A DNA stretch of 26,465 nt, from IMG/VR virus record IMGVR_UViG_3300031963_000812, positions 1 to 26,465 of that record; one strand, given 5' to 3'. The translations under genes were made by a program, and so were the position numbers. The notes under the pieces were generated by a model, which was not told the origin of the DNA, did not search any database, and saw only the letters and a list, made by a program, of their open reading frames with translations. This DNA is from a virus (Duplodnaviria > Caudoviricetes). This document shows, in pieces, positions 1 through 8,900 of this stretch (positions are counted from its first letter, which is position 1; each line of letters begins with the position of its first letter).

Positions 1-2
1 CA

Positions 3-974
3 ATCTTCAAAGAGACCACTAAAGACCTGATCACATCAATCATATTTTCCAATCGAATAGAGACCTACAACCCACTCCATGAATTCTTTGAAGAGGAGCT
101 GCACACCGATGACAATTATCCCAATGTTGATATGCTAATCAACAGCGTGATTTCTGATACTCCGAACTTTGATAAGTGGATTGGCAAGTGGCTTGTGTCG
201 GTGGTGGCATCTGCCTATGGGCAGCACTCACCATTGGTGCTGATCTTTAGTGGTGAGAAGCAGGGCACAGGTAAGACACATTGGTTTAGATATCTGCTAC
301 CAAAGGAGCTGCGCTATCTATTCGCAGAGTCAAAGATGGATGCAGGCAAGGATGATGAGATTCTCATGTGTAAAAAATTAATTATCCTGGATGATGAGTA
401 CGGAGGTAAATCAAAGAAGGAGGAGAAGAGATTGAAGGAGCTGACATCTAAAGAGTTTATCAATATCCGGGAGCCATACGGCAGGGTGTCGGTGGACATG
501 AGGCGGCTTGCAGTATTTTGCGGCACATCGAATGACACTCAGATCTTAAACGATCCAACCGGCAACAGGCGGCAGCTCCCAATCCATGTCAATGATATTG
601 ATCAGGAGATGTACAATAAAGTAAATAAGGTTGATCTGTGGAGGGAGCTCTATGCGCTCTACCGGGCTGGATATGACTGCTCTATATTGCGCAATGATAT
701 TGAGCATCTTAATGAGGCCACCGACATCTTCAAGCACTCTACACCAGAAGAGGATCTCATCCACAAGAAGCTCACTCCTGGCTCTGCCACATCGTATGGT
801 GAGTGGATGTCACTCACTGAGATTCAACAGTGCTTGCTTGTGGAGACAAAGCTTAATTACTTGAATTTGCAGCGCATCGGATCAATCTTAACGTCTTTAG
901 GATATGAGAAAGATCGCAGGCGCAGAGGCTCTTCAATTGTTACCATGTACTATGTCAGCCGTAATCCAACCTAA
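3..974 (+). CDS. VapE/VirE-family primase-helicase P-loop ATPase, C-terminal part (5'-truncated)
   Basis: Frame is open from position 3 to the TAA at 972-974. Walker A-like GEKQGTGKT, Walker B-like IILDDE, and REPYGR and FCGTSN...LNDPTGNRR motifs typical of the VapE/VirE domain. Confidence 0.85.
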   Translation: MFKETTKDLITSIIFSNRIETYNPLHEFFEEELHTDDNYPNVDMLINSVISDTPNFDKWIGKWLVSVVASAYGQHSPLVLIFSGEKQGTGKTHWFRYLLPKELRYLFAESKMDAGKDDEILMCKKLIILDDEYGGKSKKEEKRLKELTSKEFINIREPYGRVSVDMRRLAVFCGTSNDTQILNDPTGNRRQLPIHVNDIDQEMYNKVNKVDLWRELYALYRAGYDCSILRNDIEHLNEATDIFKHSTPEEDLIHKKLTPGSATSYGEWMSLTEIQQCLLVETKLNYLNLQRIGSILTSLGYEKDRRRRGSSIVTMYYVSRNPT

Positions 975-976
975 AA

Positions 977-1260
977 TTGTTGCAGCTTGTTGCAGCTTTG
1001 TTTTTTGAAGTTGCAACATCTCAAAGGCTCTCGTATCAAGGGCTGCAGCGATTTGTTGCAACTTACACCTTACTTTTCTATTAATACTAAAATATTTTAT
1101 ACGCACACATGCACACACACACACACACACACATGTATATGTATAGGGGCTTTTTTTTGTTGCAGGCTGCAACAAATGGCTGTAAGCCTTGGCACGATTG
1201 GTATAGAGGCGATTTTTACCATAATTTGCAGTGTTGCATCCTTAGCAAGCTGCAACAAAT
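977..1260. repeat. Cluster of GYTGCARC palindromic repeats around an AT-rich/(CA)n core; putative replication origin
   Basis: Exact GYTGCARC at 979, 989, 1010, 1042, 1055, 1166, 1249; near matches at 1159 and 1233. TTGTTGCAGC tandem x2 (977-996). 10-bp-arm palindrome at 1156-1176. Lies immediately downstream of the primase-helicase gene. Confidence 0.7.
1112..1133. repeat. (CA)11 microsatellite
   Basis: Read directly; flanked by further alternating purine-pyrimidine sequence (about 1099-1145). Confidence 0.95.
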
Positions 1261-1295
1261 TAAACGAACCTAAAAACACTTAAACACTTGAAAAC

Positions 1296-1505
1296 ATGAG
1301 AGATAACGAAAAAACACTTAAACACACAGAAGTCAGCTTGTTTTATTCATCTATTCAGCAAAAATATTTGGAACTGATGGAAGAGTTAATGCAGAAAGAT
1401 TGTCAAAGAGTTGAATTTATAAGAGGTGCTCTTTCTGTATATTCAGAAATACTAAACCAAAAAAAACATTGGGAGGAGAAATCTAATTATAGTTACTTCA
1501 AATAA
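1296..1505 (+). CDS. Hypothetical protein (69 aa)
   Basis: ATG after A-rich AAAAC; tiles with the next ORF. Confidence 0.6.
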   Translation: MRDNEKTLKHTEVSLFYSSIQQKYLELMEELMQKDCQRVEFIRGALSVYSEILNQKKHWEEKSNYSYFK

Positions 1506-1508
1506 CCC

Positions 1509-1745
1509 ATGACACTACCAGATAAAATACGCAAGGCCATGAATGAGCTGACTCCCGATGATGGGCCGCTTCTGGATGGGCCGATTAGATACCACAGCAC
1601 CAGGCTCACTCATGACAGCTACAAGCAGCAGCTTAATCATGCCCGGCCTGACTCATCAGTTCAGTATTGGTACCTGCTCAGGTGCTACGATTGGCTGAAG
1701 CTTTTAAAAAAAAACAACATCAAACTGCACAACGCAATCAAATAA
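1509..1745 (+). CDS. Hypothetical protein (78 aa)
   Basis: Starts 3 nt after the previous stop; tight packing. Confidence 0.65.
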   Translation: MTLPDKIRKAMNELTPDDGPLLDGPIRYHSTRLTHDSYKQQLNHARPDSSVQYWYLLRCYDWLKLLKKNNIKLHNAIK

Positions 1746-1748
1746 ACT

Positions 1749-1756
1749 TATCTTTG
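1749..1756 (+). promoter_or_regulatory. Bacteroidota-type -7 promoter box (TATCTTTG), 4 nt before ATG 1761
   Basis: Matches the TAnnTTTG consensus; intergenic. Confidence 0.65.
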
Positions 1757-1760
1757 TAAC

Positions 1761-1958
1761 ATGCAAACAGTCAAAAGCACAAGAGGTGGTGTCCGGGCAG
1801 GGGCAGGCCGAAAGCCAAAATATGGAGAGCCCACCATAAACATTACATTGCGTGTGCCAATCTCGCATAAGCTAATCATCTACAAGATGGTGGCTGATTA
1901 CCTTGAAACAATCTCGCACCAAACTAAAATTAAAAAATCAGAACACTATGGATGCTAA
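1761..1958 (+). CDS. Small putative DNA-binding protein
   Basis: RGGVRAGAGRKPK basic motif followed by a strand (TINITLRVP) and helix, a ribbon-helix-helix-like pattern common in phage regulators. Confidence 0.6.
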   Translation: MQTVKSTRGGVRAGAGRKPKYGEPTINITLRVPISHKLIIYKMVADYLETISHQTKIKKSEHYGC

Positions 1959-2175
1959 CACAAGAGTCAGTGAATGGCTATTCAGCCAGATCACAAGCGG
2001 CCGCAAGCCAAGCCTTGAGCTTTTAATTGAGGCCCAAAAGATTGAACGGCAGATGATCATTGATGCCTTCAATGATGGGCAGATGCATGAGCTACTTAAC
2101 AAGAGCACATCAAGGATCTACACTTCACCAGGAGAGGAGTATTTCTCCACAACCTTTGAGCACTATGCAGACTAA
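1948..2175 (+). CDS. Hypothetical protein (75 aa; start moved to ATG 1948)
   Basis: ATG after an A-rich tract; EAQKIERQMIIDAFNDG resembles a common small phage protein pattern. Confidence 0.65.
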   Translation: MDANTRVSEWLFSQITSGRKPSLELLIEAQKIERQMIIDAFNDGQMHELLNKSTSRIYTSPGEEYFSTTFEHYAD

Positions 2176-2542
2176 GCGTATAAGAGCAGGAGTGCTCATC
2201 AAATCAGAGATTGAAGATAGGGCCTTTTTGTTCGGCTATCTCACACATCCGGGCCTTGAATACGAGGTGGCCATTGCGATTCCTGAGCATGCCATCAGCA
2301 GCTTTGAGGTAACGAATAAGACATTGATCAATTCAGAGGATGACATGTACCGATTCGGCCTATTGCTTCAGAGCACAGATGAGCAGGATAATGATGTCTT
2401 TACTGTTAAGGTACATTACGATCATAAGTTCCTTAATCTTGTGATCTACGCAAGCCAGTATGCAGAACTCATGAAAGCAGGCTTCGAAGTGAACTCAATC
2501 AATGAAGCTTCGATAATTGAAAAAATATCTTTAAATTTGTGA
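2165..2542 (+). CDS. Hypothetical protein (125 aa; start moved to ATG 2165)
   Basis: In-frame ATG overlapping the end of the previous gene; globular composition from MQTKRIRAG onward. Confidence 0.65.
   Translation: MQTKRIRAGVLIKSEIEDRAFLFGYLTHPGLEYEVAIAIPEHAISSFEVTNKTLINSEDDMYRFGLLLQSTDEQDNDVFTVKVHYDHKFLNLVIYASQYAELMKAGFEVNSINEASIIEKISLNL
2532..2539 (+). promoter_or_regulatory. TAnnTTTG box (TAAATTTG), 4 nt before ATG 2544; probable start of the packaging transcript
   Basis: Consensus match with the same spacing to ATG as at 1749 and 17681. Confidence 0.6.
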
Positions 2543-2543
2543 C

Positions 2544-2684
2544 ATGCCACTATTCCAAGGAGACAGCCCACAGATCATCCAGATGAACATCCGCAAGCTA
2601 ATTGAGGAGGGATATTCACCTGAACAGGCCACAGCCATTGCTTATGCAGAGGCTGAGAAGTACAGATCTAAGCGCAGAAGATAA
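2544..2684 (+). CDS. Small phage protein (46 aa), not in the ORF track
   Basis: Translates as MPLFQGDSPQIIQMNIRKLIEEGYSPEQATAIAYAEAEKYRSKRRR. Resembles the 'MPLxxGxS..I..NI......G....QAxAIA' small proteins found near phage packaging/head genes. Fills the gap before terS. Confidence 0.75.
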   Translation: MPLFQGDSPQIIQMNIRKLIEEGYSPEQATAIAYAEAEKYRSKRRR

Positions 2685-2706
2685 ACCTCGTTAAAATCCC
2701 GTAAAC

Positions 2707-3009
2707 ATGAGAGAAGGCAGAAACGGCGGTAAACTTAAAACAGGAGGCAACAATGGCGGTGGCCGACCACCTAAGCTGCCTGACCTTCACATCTTGCTTG
2801 CCAATGTGCTTGGCAAGGAGAATAAGGATGGCCTCACTGCTGCTGAGGAGATACTGCTGGCCCTGCATGCCAAGGCCAAGAAGGGTGATACCAGGGCAGC
2901 GGAGCTCCTGCTTGATCGTGGTTATGGCAAGCCAAAGCAAACGGTTGATCAGAACCTTAAGACCACTGAGCCACTTGTGATAATTAAAACCAAGGAGCCC
3001 GATGCTTAA
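2707..3009 (+). CDS. terS: Terminase small subunit (putative)
   Basis: GGNNGGGRPPK N-terminus and AKKGDTRAAELLLDRGYGKPKQ C-terminal motif; upstream of the large terminase. Confidence 0.75.
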   Translation: MREGRNGGKLKTGGNNGGGRPPKLPDLHILLANVLGKENKDGLTAAEEILLALHAKAKKGDTRAAELLLDRGYGKPKQTVDQNLKTTEPLVIIKTKEPDA

Positions 3010-3127
3010 AGCACTGGCAATCGGATTGATGTTTGCGGCCATGCTGCTTGGTGTGGCTTACATGCTTTACGTGATTGTTAAGGACATCATTGATTGCATG
3101 CCTGACTACCGGGATGAGGAGGAGTGA
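3002..3127 (+). CDS. Small single-pass membrane protein (41 aa), not in the ORF track
   Basis: MLKALAIGLMFAAMLLGVAYMLYVIVKDIIDCMPDYRDEEE; overlaps the terS end, and its TGA overlaps the terL ATG (TGATG). Confidence 0.6.
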   Translation: MLKALAIGLMFAAMLLGVAYMLYVIVKDIIDCMPDYRDEEE

Positions 3128-4404
3128 TGCAGTATGAATTGACCGGCAGGCAGAGCACTGCCTTTGATGCAGCGGCATCAGGAGAATACCGGGTGATTGT
3201 TTTCGGAGGTGCCATTCGAGGTGGTAAAACATACTGGCTCCTGCTCACCTTAACTTACCTTTCATTGCAATACCCAAGGAGCAGATGGGTGATCATTCGT
3301 AAGTCATTGCCCGATCTTAAGCGTACCACCTTCCCATCATTCAGCTCCATCTTGGCCGATGGGATCAATGAGTATGTCAGCTCCTGGAACCGAGATACTC
3401 AAGTGGTGCAGTTCATCAATGGATCAGAGCTGATGTTCATGGCTGAGAGCTTTGATGAGGATAAGGACTTAAACAGATTCAAGGGACTTGAGGTGAATGG
3501 CGCAGGATTGGATGAGGTGAATGAATTGCAGGAGCAGACCTTCTACAAGGTGCAGGAAAGGATTGGATCATGGAATAAGGCAGAAGGCAGGCCACCGATC
3601 ATCTGCCTGGCAACGTGCAACCCTGCCAACAATTGGGTGAAGTCAATCATTTACGAAAGATACAAGGATGGCACACTGCCACAGCGGTGGACATTCATTC
3701 CATCCAAGATTACCGATAATCCGCACATCCCTGCTGAGTACCTTGAGAGCTTGAAGGAGCTGCCTCCAGTGCAGTATGCCAGATTCGTGGAGGGTGATTG
3801 GGATGTCATGGATGAGGTGGCCAATCCTTTTCTGTATGAGTGGGCCGATGAGAAGCACATTGATGACAGTGTGCAGCTCAACAGCAACGTGCCTGTGCAT
3901 ATCAGTGTGGACTTTAATATCAATCCGCTGTGCGCTCTGGTGATTCAGCACACCGGCAGAGGGGCCAATGTTGTGGATGAGATCAAGATTGAGAAGGGCA
4001 GCGTAGATGCGTTCTGCGATGCTGTGCTTGCGCTTGGTGTGCCGATGGGCCTCATCAGGATCACTGGTGATGCGATGGGCAAAGGTGGCACAGTTCAGCA
4101 ACGTGATAACTCAAGTGCCTACACACAAATCAAGAGGCGGCTGCAATTATCGGACAGCCAATTCCTGATTCCTGCCAATCCGACTCACTACAACAGCAGG
4201 ATTGATTGCAATGCAGCATTGCGCAAGCTTGATATCAAGGTGAACAGCAAGAGGTGCAAGGGCTTTGTCTTTGATGCCAAGCAGGTGCAATGTAATGCTG
4301 ATGGGCAGATCATAAAGAGCAACCGTAAAAACTTAACTGAGCGTGCTGACTTTTTAGATTGTTTTCGTTACTTTGTAAACGCAATACTTAAACGATACTT
4401 ATGA
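3127..4404 (+). CDS. terL: Terminase large subunit
   Basis: Q motif (LTGRQ), Walker A GGAIRGGKT, Walker B GLDEVNE, coupling motif ATCNP, nuclease ISVDFN and C-terminal DFLDCFRY. Confidence 0.95.
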   Translation: MQYELTGRQSTAFDAAASGEYRVIVFGGAIRGGKTYWLLLTLTYLSLQYPRSRWVIIRKSLPDLKRTTFPSFSSILADGINEYVSSWNRDTQVVQFINGSELMFMAESFDEDKDLNRFKGLEVNGAGLDEVNELQEQTFYKVQERIGSWNKAEGRPPIICLATCNPANNWVKSIIYERYKDGTLPQRWTFIPSKITDNPHIPAEYLESLKELPPVQYARFVEGDWDVMDEVANPFLYEWADEKHIDDSVQLNSNVPVHISVDFNINPLCALVIQHTGRGANVVDEIKIEKGSVDAFCDAVLALGVPMGLIRITGDAMGKGGTVQQRDNSSAYTQIKRRLQLSDSQFLIPANPTHYNSRIDCNAALRKLDIKVNSKRCKGFVFDAKQVQCNADGQIIKSNRKNLTERADFLDCFRYFVNAILKRYL

Positions 4405-4745
4405 GCGTATGCAGTCCATGCTTTGATTCGGGGATCATAGTTGATCAGTGTGCCAGTGGCATCACCTTTGGTGTGGTGACACCAGAGACAGGCTACCATG
4501 TAAACATCAAGCACAATGCCACAGGCCGGATCCAATCCTTCCCGGTTGAGTCAGATGAGTCCGGCATGATCACCATCAGCCAGATAAAGATTGATCCACT
4601 GCAAGGCTACACCATCAGCCTGATGTCATGTGACAGCTTTACCATCTGTGAGCAGGAATATACCTGCATAAGCTTCAGCGTGGTAAACAGCAATATTGAT
4701 CCGGGTGATACTGGAGTAATAAACTTAATCGAATGCGCATGCTAA
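4401..4745 (+). CDS. Cys-rich hypothetical protein, possibly virion-associated
   Basis: 114 aa with 8 Cys, beta-rich and acidic; ATGA overlap with terL. Confidence 0.65.
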   Translation: MSVCSPCFDSGIIVDQCASGITFGVVTPETGYHVNIKHNATGRIQSFPVESDESGMITISQIKIDPLQGYTISLMSCDSFTICEQEYTCISFSVVNSNIDPGDTGVINLIECAC

Positions 4746-4948
4746 AGAAGTTAATATCAATTTACAAAGGATGGTGGCTGTGGGCCTTGGATAACAAGGA
4801 GAGCAGAGACCTGATGGAGACAAGGATGCCGCTGTGCAACCTGTGCCCGAACAAGATAAAGCTCACCAATACCTGCAAGGAGTGTGGCTGCTTCCTGCCG
4901 GCCAAAACAAGAGTTAAGGATGAGCAATGCCCGATTGATCTCTGGTGA
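4733..4948 (+). CDS. Small Cys-rich putative zinc-binding protein (DUF6171-like pattern)
   Basis: R...CNLC...CKECGCFLPAKT...CPIDLW motif. The start may be 4739. Confidence 0.7.
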   Translation: MRMLKKLISIYKGWWLWALDNKESRDLMETRMPLCNLCPNKIKLTNTCKECGCFLPAKTRVKDEQCPIDLW

Positions 4949-4949
4949 C

Positions 4950-5201
4950 ATGTTACATGGATTCATACTGGTGAAGGCATTGAAATTCGATGATGAGATC
5001 AATGAGGTGCTGAACCGGAATCCGCAAGAGATAGACTTCCTCCTCAACACTGATGACATCAGTCATGCATATCAGCCCGATGATGAAGATTACAGCACCA
5101 TTGTGCTGATGAATAATACCGAACTAAAAGTAAAAGACAATCTTGATGAAATCATTAACAAGCTTCGTAAAGCGACTGCAATTAATTGGTTGGTTAATTA
5201 A
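4950..5201 (+). CDS. Hypothetical protein with FlbD-like pattern (start moved to ATG 4950)
   Basis: FLLNTDDISH...STIVLMNNTELKVKDNLDEIINKL resembles the FlbD-family pattern; ATG is 1 nt after the previous stop. Confidence 0.6.
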   Translation: MLHGFILVKALKFDDEINEVLNRNPQEIDFLLNTDDISHAYQPDDEDYSTIVLMNNTELKVKDNLDEIINKLRKATAINWLVN

Positions 5202-5775
5202 ACGCAAAGAGCCCAAGCCACTGCGCCCGATGGTGGAGCTGTTCAAGCATGAGGGCCATACTTATTACCGATTCCCAAAAGAATTGAATCTGCCACTTGA
5301 GAGATTCAGCATGTCCATGTCACTGATGGAGCGCATAAGCTCAGGGCTAAGCGGTGCGGAGATGGAGAGAATACTGGCAGGGATGGAGAGGGCACTCAGT
5401 GCCGGGCTATCCAATCCAAAGAATGCAGCGGTGGTGGCAACCTACATCCATGTGATCCGGGAGAGGCAGAATACTGTGATCCATCGTGACCTGCTGCTTA
5501 ACCTTGCTGCCACATGGGTGGTGAGGGAGGATGAAGATCCAGGGCAGATTGATCCTGACATCCATCAGCAGAAGCTCACCTTATTTGAAGCGATGTGTAA
5601 GGAGGCATCGCATGATTTTTTTACCAAGTTGGATATAGATCCACTGATGCCCTTGCTCACTATGTCTCCACAAGACTTTCAGATCTTGTGGGAGTACAAC
5701 GTGGAAGCCCAACGAAAATTGACACAGGCATTAACCCACTTGAATACTCACCTGGACACCGGGCGAAAAAAGTAG
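5146..5775 (+). CDS. Tail assembly chaperone (lambda gpG analogue)
   Basis: Helical protein directly upstream of the tape measure region; ends in an A-AAA-AAG slippery site. Start uncertain (5146 or 5230). Confidence 0.7.
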   Translation: MKSLTSFVKRLQLIGWLIKRKEPKPLRPMVELFKHEGHTYYRFPKELNLPLERFSMSMSLMERISSGLSGAEMERILAGMERALSAGLSNPKNAAVVATYIHVIRERQNTVIHRDLLLNLAATWVVREDEDPGQIDPDIHQQKLTLFEAMCKEASHDFFTKLDIDPLMPLLTMSPQDFQILWEYNVEAQRKLTQALTHLNTHLDTGRKK

Positions 5776-5921
5776 CCGATGAGCTACGTCAGCAAGTGAT
5801 CAATCTTTGCGGTGGTAACATAGTTGAGTTCAAAGAACTGATGGCCTCCGATGTTTCAACTTATTTGCTTAAATTTGAGCTGTTCATAAAGCAGCAGAAA
5901 AATGGCAGCAGCAGAAGTTGA
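5766..5921 (+). CDS. -1 frameshift extension (gpT analogue) giving a G-T fusion chaperone
   Basis: Codons CGA AAA AAG TAG; heptamer A AAA AAG at 5766-5772. The -1 frame is open to 5921 (KKVADELRQQVINLCGG...GSSRS) and overlaps the tape measure start. Confidence 0.7.
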   Translation, partial: KKVADELRQQVINLCGGNIVEFKELMASDVSTYLLKFELFIKQQKNGSSRS

Positions 5922-8900
5922 GATCATTTATAAAGCCAATGCAGATGGCCTTAATGCTGCTGTTGGCAAGATTACCCAAACAAATGACACATTAGTCAAG
6001 GAAGCTCAGGACACCAGTAAGAAGGTGGCCGATGAGTTCAAGAAGATAGGCGGTGCGGCTGCGGCTGCATTCGGAAGCAGCCAGGTTAAGAACGCACTCA
6101 AGCAATTGAATGATGAAAGCCTTAAGCTGACTGCCAATTTAAAGAAGCTTCAAGATGAGCAGGTTGATCTTATTGCTTCAGGCAATCTGGTGAGCAAAGC
6201 CTTCAAAGATAATGCAGCAGCACAGGCAGCGGTTAAGGGGCAGATTGCTCAGATAACGGCACAGCAGAAGCAGCTCAATGATACTTATGGTGACACTGAG
6301 ACAAAGCAGAAGTCACTAACCGGGCAGCTCAGGCAATTGAAGCAGGAGCTGTCATTGCTTGAGGCGGCAGGTGAAGAGGGAAGCCAACAATTTCAAGAGC
6401 TGACATTAAGGGCAGCAAAGCTTGAGGATCAGATCGGAGATACCAGAGAGCGTGTGAGGGTGCTCGCTTCAGACACCTTCAAGTTTGATGCGGCGGTGGG
6501 GGCAGTGAGCACATTGGCATCTGGCTTCGAGGTGGCACAAGGTGCGGCAGCTTTATTTGGTAGCGAGTCAGAGGCGCTCAATGAAGTAATTGCTAAGACC
6601 ACAGCCGTCACAGCCATTGCCAATGGAGTAAGAGAGATTGCCGATACATTGACAGGCCAGAGTGCTGTAAAGCTTGCTGTGTTAGGTGCAGCGCAAAAAG
6701 CTTATAATGTTGTGGTTGGTAATTCAACAGGGGCATTAAAAATTTTTAGAATTGCACTGGCATCAACAGGTGTAGGTGCATTGGTGGCAGGGCTTGGAGT
6801 ATTGATTGCATATTTTGATGATATCAAAGATGCGATCAATGGAACATCCAACAGCACCAGAGCCTACGCAAAAGCTGTTGAGGAGAGTAGATCCAAAACA
6901 GCAGAAGCCATAGTCACTGTCCAGGAGGTAGGCAATGCCTTTGATTTAGCAAAGCAGGGTGTGATATCAAAGGAGGAAGCATTGCTAACATACAATGAGA
7001 AGCTTGGTGAATCACTTGGCACTCAGAATGATTTTAATGCCGCAGAAAAAAGATTTGTTCTTGCATCAGGTGCTTATGTTAAATCCGCACAATTAAGAGC
7101 AACAGCTCAATCATTAATTGCTGAAGGGGCTGCATTGGCAGCAGAAGCCGCAACGGTAACAGGCGATGAAGCATTATCGACATTAGAGACCATTGATATT
7201 TATGCAGGTAAAATAGGTAATGCATTCAATGATGTCTTAACGCTTGGGCTTTTAGATTTATCGGAGGGCGAAGAGAAAAGAGCAGCAGCGGTAAAGGAGT
7301 CAGCAAAAGTTAGGGTATCTGCTGAAAAGCAGGCTGAGGCAGATCGCTTATTTGCAATTGGTGAAGGCATCGTGAAGGAGGCAGAAGAGTTGGAGAAAAG
7401 GGCAGGCATAGTATCAGAGGGCGAAAAAAAGATCAATGATAAAAAGGCTGCAATAAATAAGGCAGCATCAGACAAAGCAACAGAAGCTGCAAATAAAGCA
7501 GCGGAGGATCAAAAGAAGGCAAGGGAGGAATTGGCAGAGGCAGAGCTTGAGGCATTCACCAATGCCCTTGATGAAAGAGATAAGATCAGAGCTGAGGCCA
7601 ATGCAAAGGGGCAGGAGATTGAAGCGAAGTTCAGAGCAGCAGGATTTAAGGAAGGAACCAAAGAAGCGATCAAGGCGGAAAAAGAAAAGAATGCAGCTAT
7701 TGAGCAGATACTTATTGAAGCTGATAAGAAAGTAAAAGAGATTGATCAACAGGCTGCCAAAGATAAATTGGAGAAAGCACTGGAGGCAGCCAAGGCACAA
7801 GCCGATGCCACCACTCAGCAGCAGATTGATGCTGCCAATGCACAGCTTGCTTTGGAGCTTGCTGCCATCAATGAGACAGGTGCCGATAAAGTTGAGATTG
7901 AGAAGCGGTATGCAGAGATATTGAAGGGCCTAAATAAGCAGCTCAATGAGGAGATCAAGGAGGAGAACAACAAAAGGATTGAATCAGAGTTCAACACCAG
8001 GGAGGCGAACCTTAAGCGGCTTGAGATCATTGAGGGCAGCTCACTTGATCGCAGGATTGCACTTATCGAACTGGAGGCAGAGCGTAGGCGCAAGGCTGCC
8101 ACTGATAACATCAAAGATGCCAAGGAGCTTGCAGCACAGCTTGAGCTGATCAATGCTGAGACACAAGCGGCCATCAGGGCTGAGAGTGTGGAGAGCACCA
8201 CAGACACAATTGACAATGCCCTTAAGGTAGCTCAAGAGGTGGGAGATTTATTTAAAGGCTTGGCCGATTTGCAAAAGGCAGCATCAGAGCAGCGCATCAC
8301 TGAGATACAGGAGGCAAGCCAGGCAGAGCTTGACAATATCAACAAAGGATTGGAGAGCGAGATTGATAAGCAACGTCAAAGGGAGGCATTGGAGAAAAGA
8401 ACCAATGCAAAGATTGCTGCTGAGAAATTAAAGCAGGCAAAGCTTGACAGAGGCATTGCCATCTTTGATGTAATCATTAAGACAGCGCAGGCAGTCAATA
8501 CTGCTGTGGCAGCATCTCCACTCACCTTTGGTTTGCCTTGGTCAGCCTTTGCTGCTGCCAGTGGTGCCATACAGCTTGCAGCTATCCAGGCACAGCCACT
8601 GCCTAAGTTCAAGAAGGGTGGCCCTGTGGGAGGTCGCAGCCATGAGGCAGGCGGTACCATCATTGAAGCTGAAAAGGGTGAGTTCGTGGTGAATAAGCAA
8701 TCTGCCTCCAGACATCGGGATGCCTTGGATGCCATGAATAGAAGTAGTGATGCATTCAAGAAATACATTGAGCAGAGATATGTGCGGCCTGCCTTGCTTG
8801 ACTTTGCAGCCAAGAAAGAGAGAGGTGTGCAGGTCAATGCCACATTAAATGCAAAGGGTGTGGAGAAAAAGCTTGACAAACTTACCAAGGTGGTGAGCAA

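Noticed and set aside
933-1283. ORFs 987..1283(+), 933..1175(-) and 1097..1279(-)
   Set aside because: Their LQ/CC/THTH/VCVC content simply translates the TGCA palindromes and CA repeat; more likely non-coding origin DNA.
5870-5877. TAAATTTG box 24 nt upstream of the tape measure start
   Set aside because: It lies inside the frameshift-extension coding region and I found no clear -33 element; possible but not supportable.
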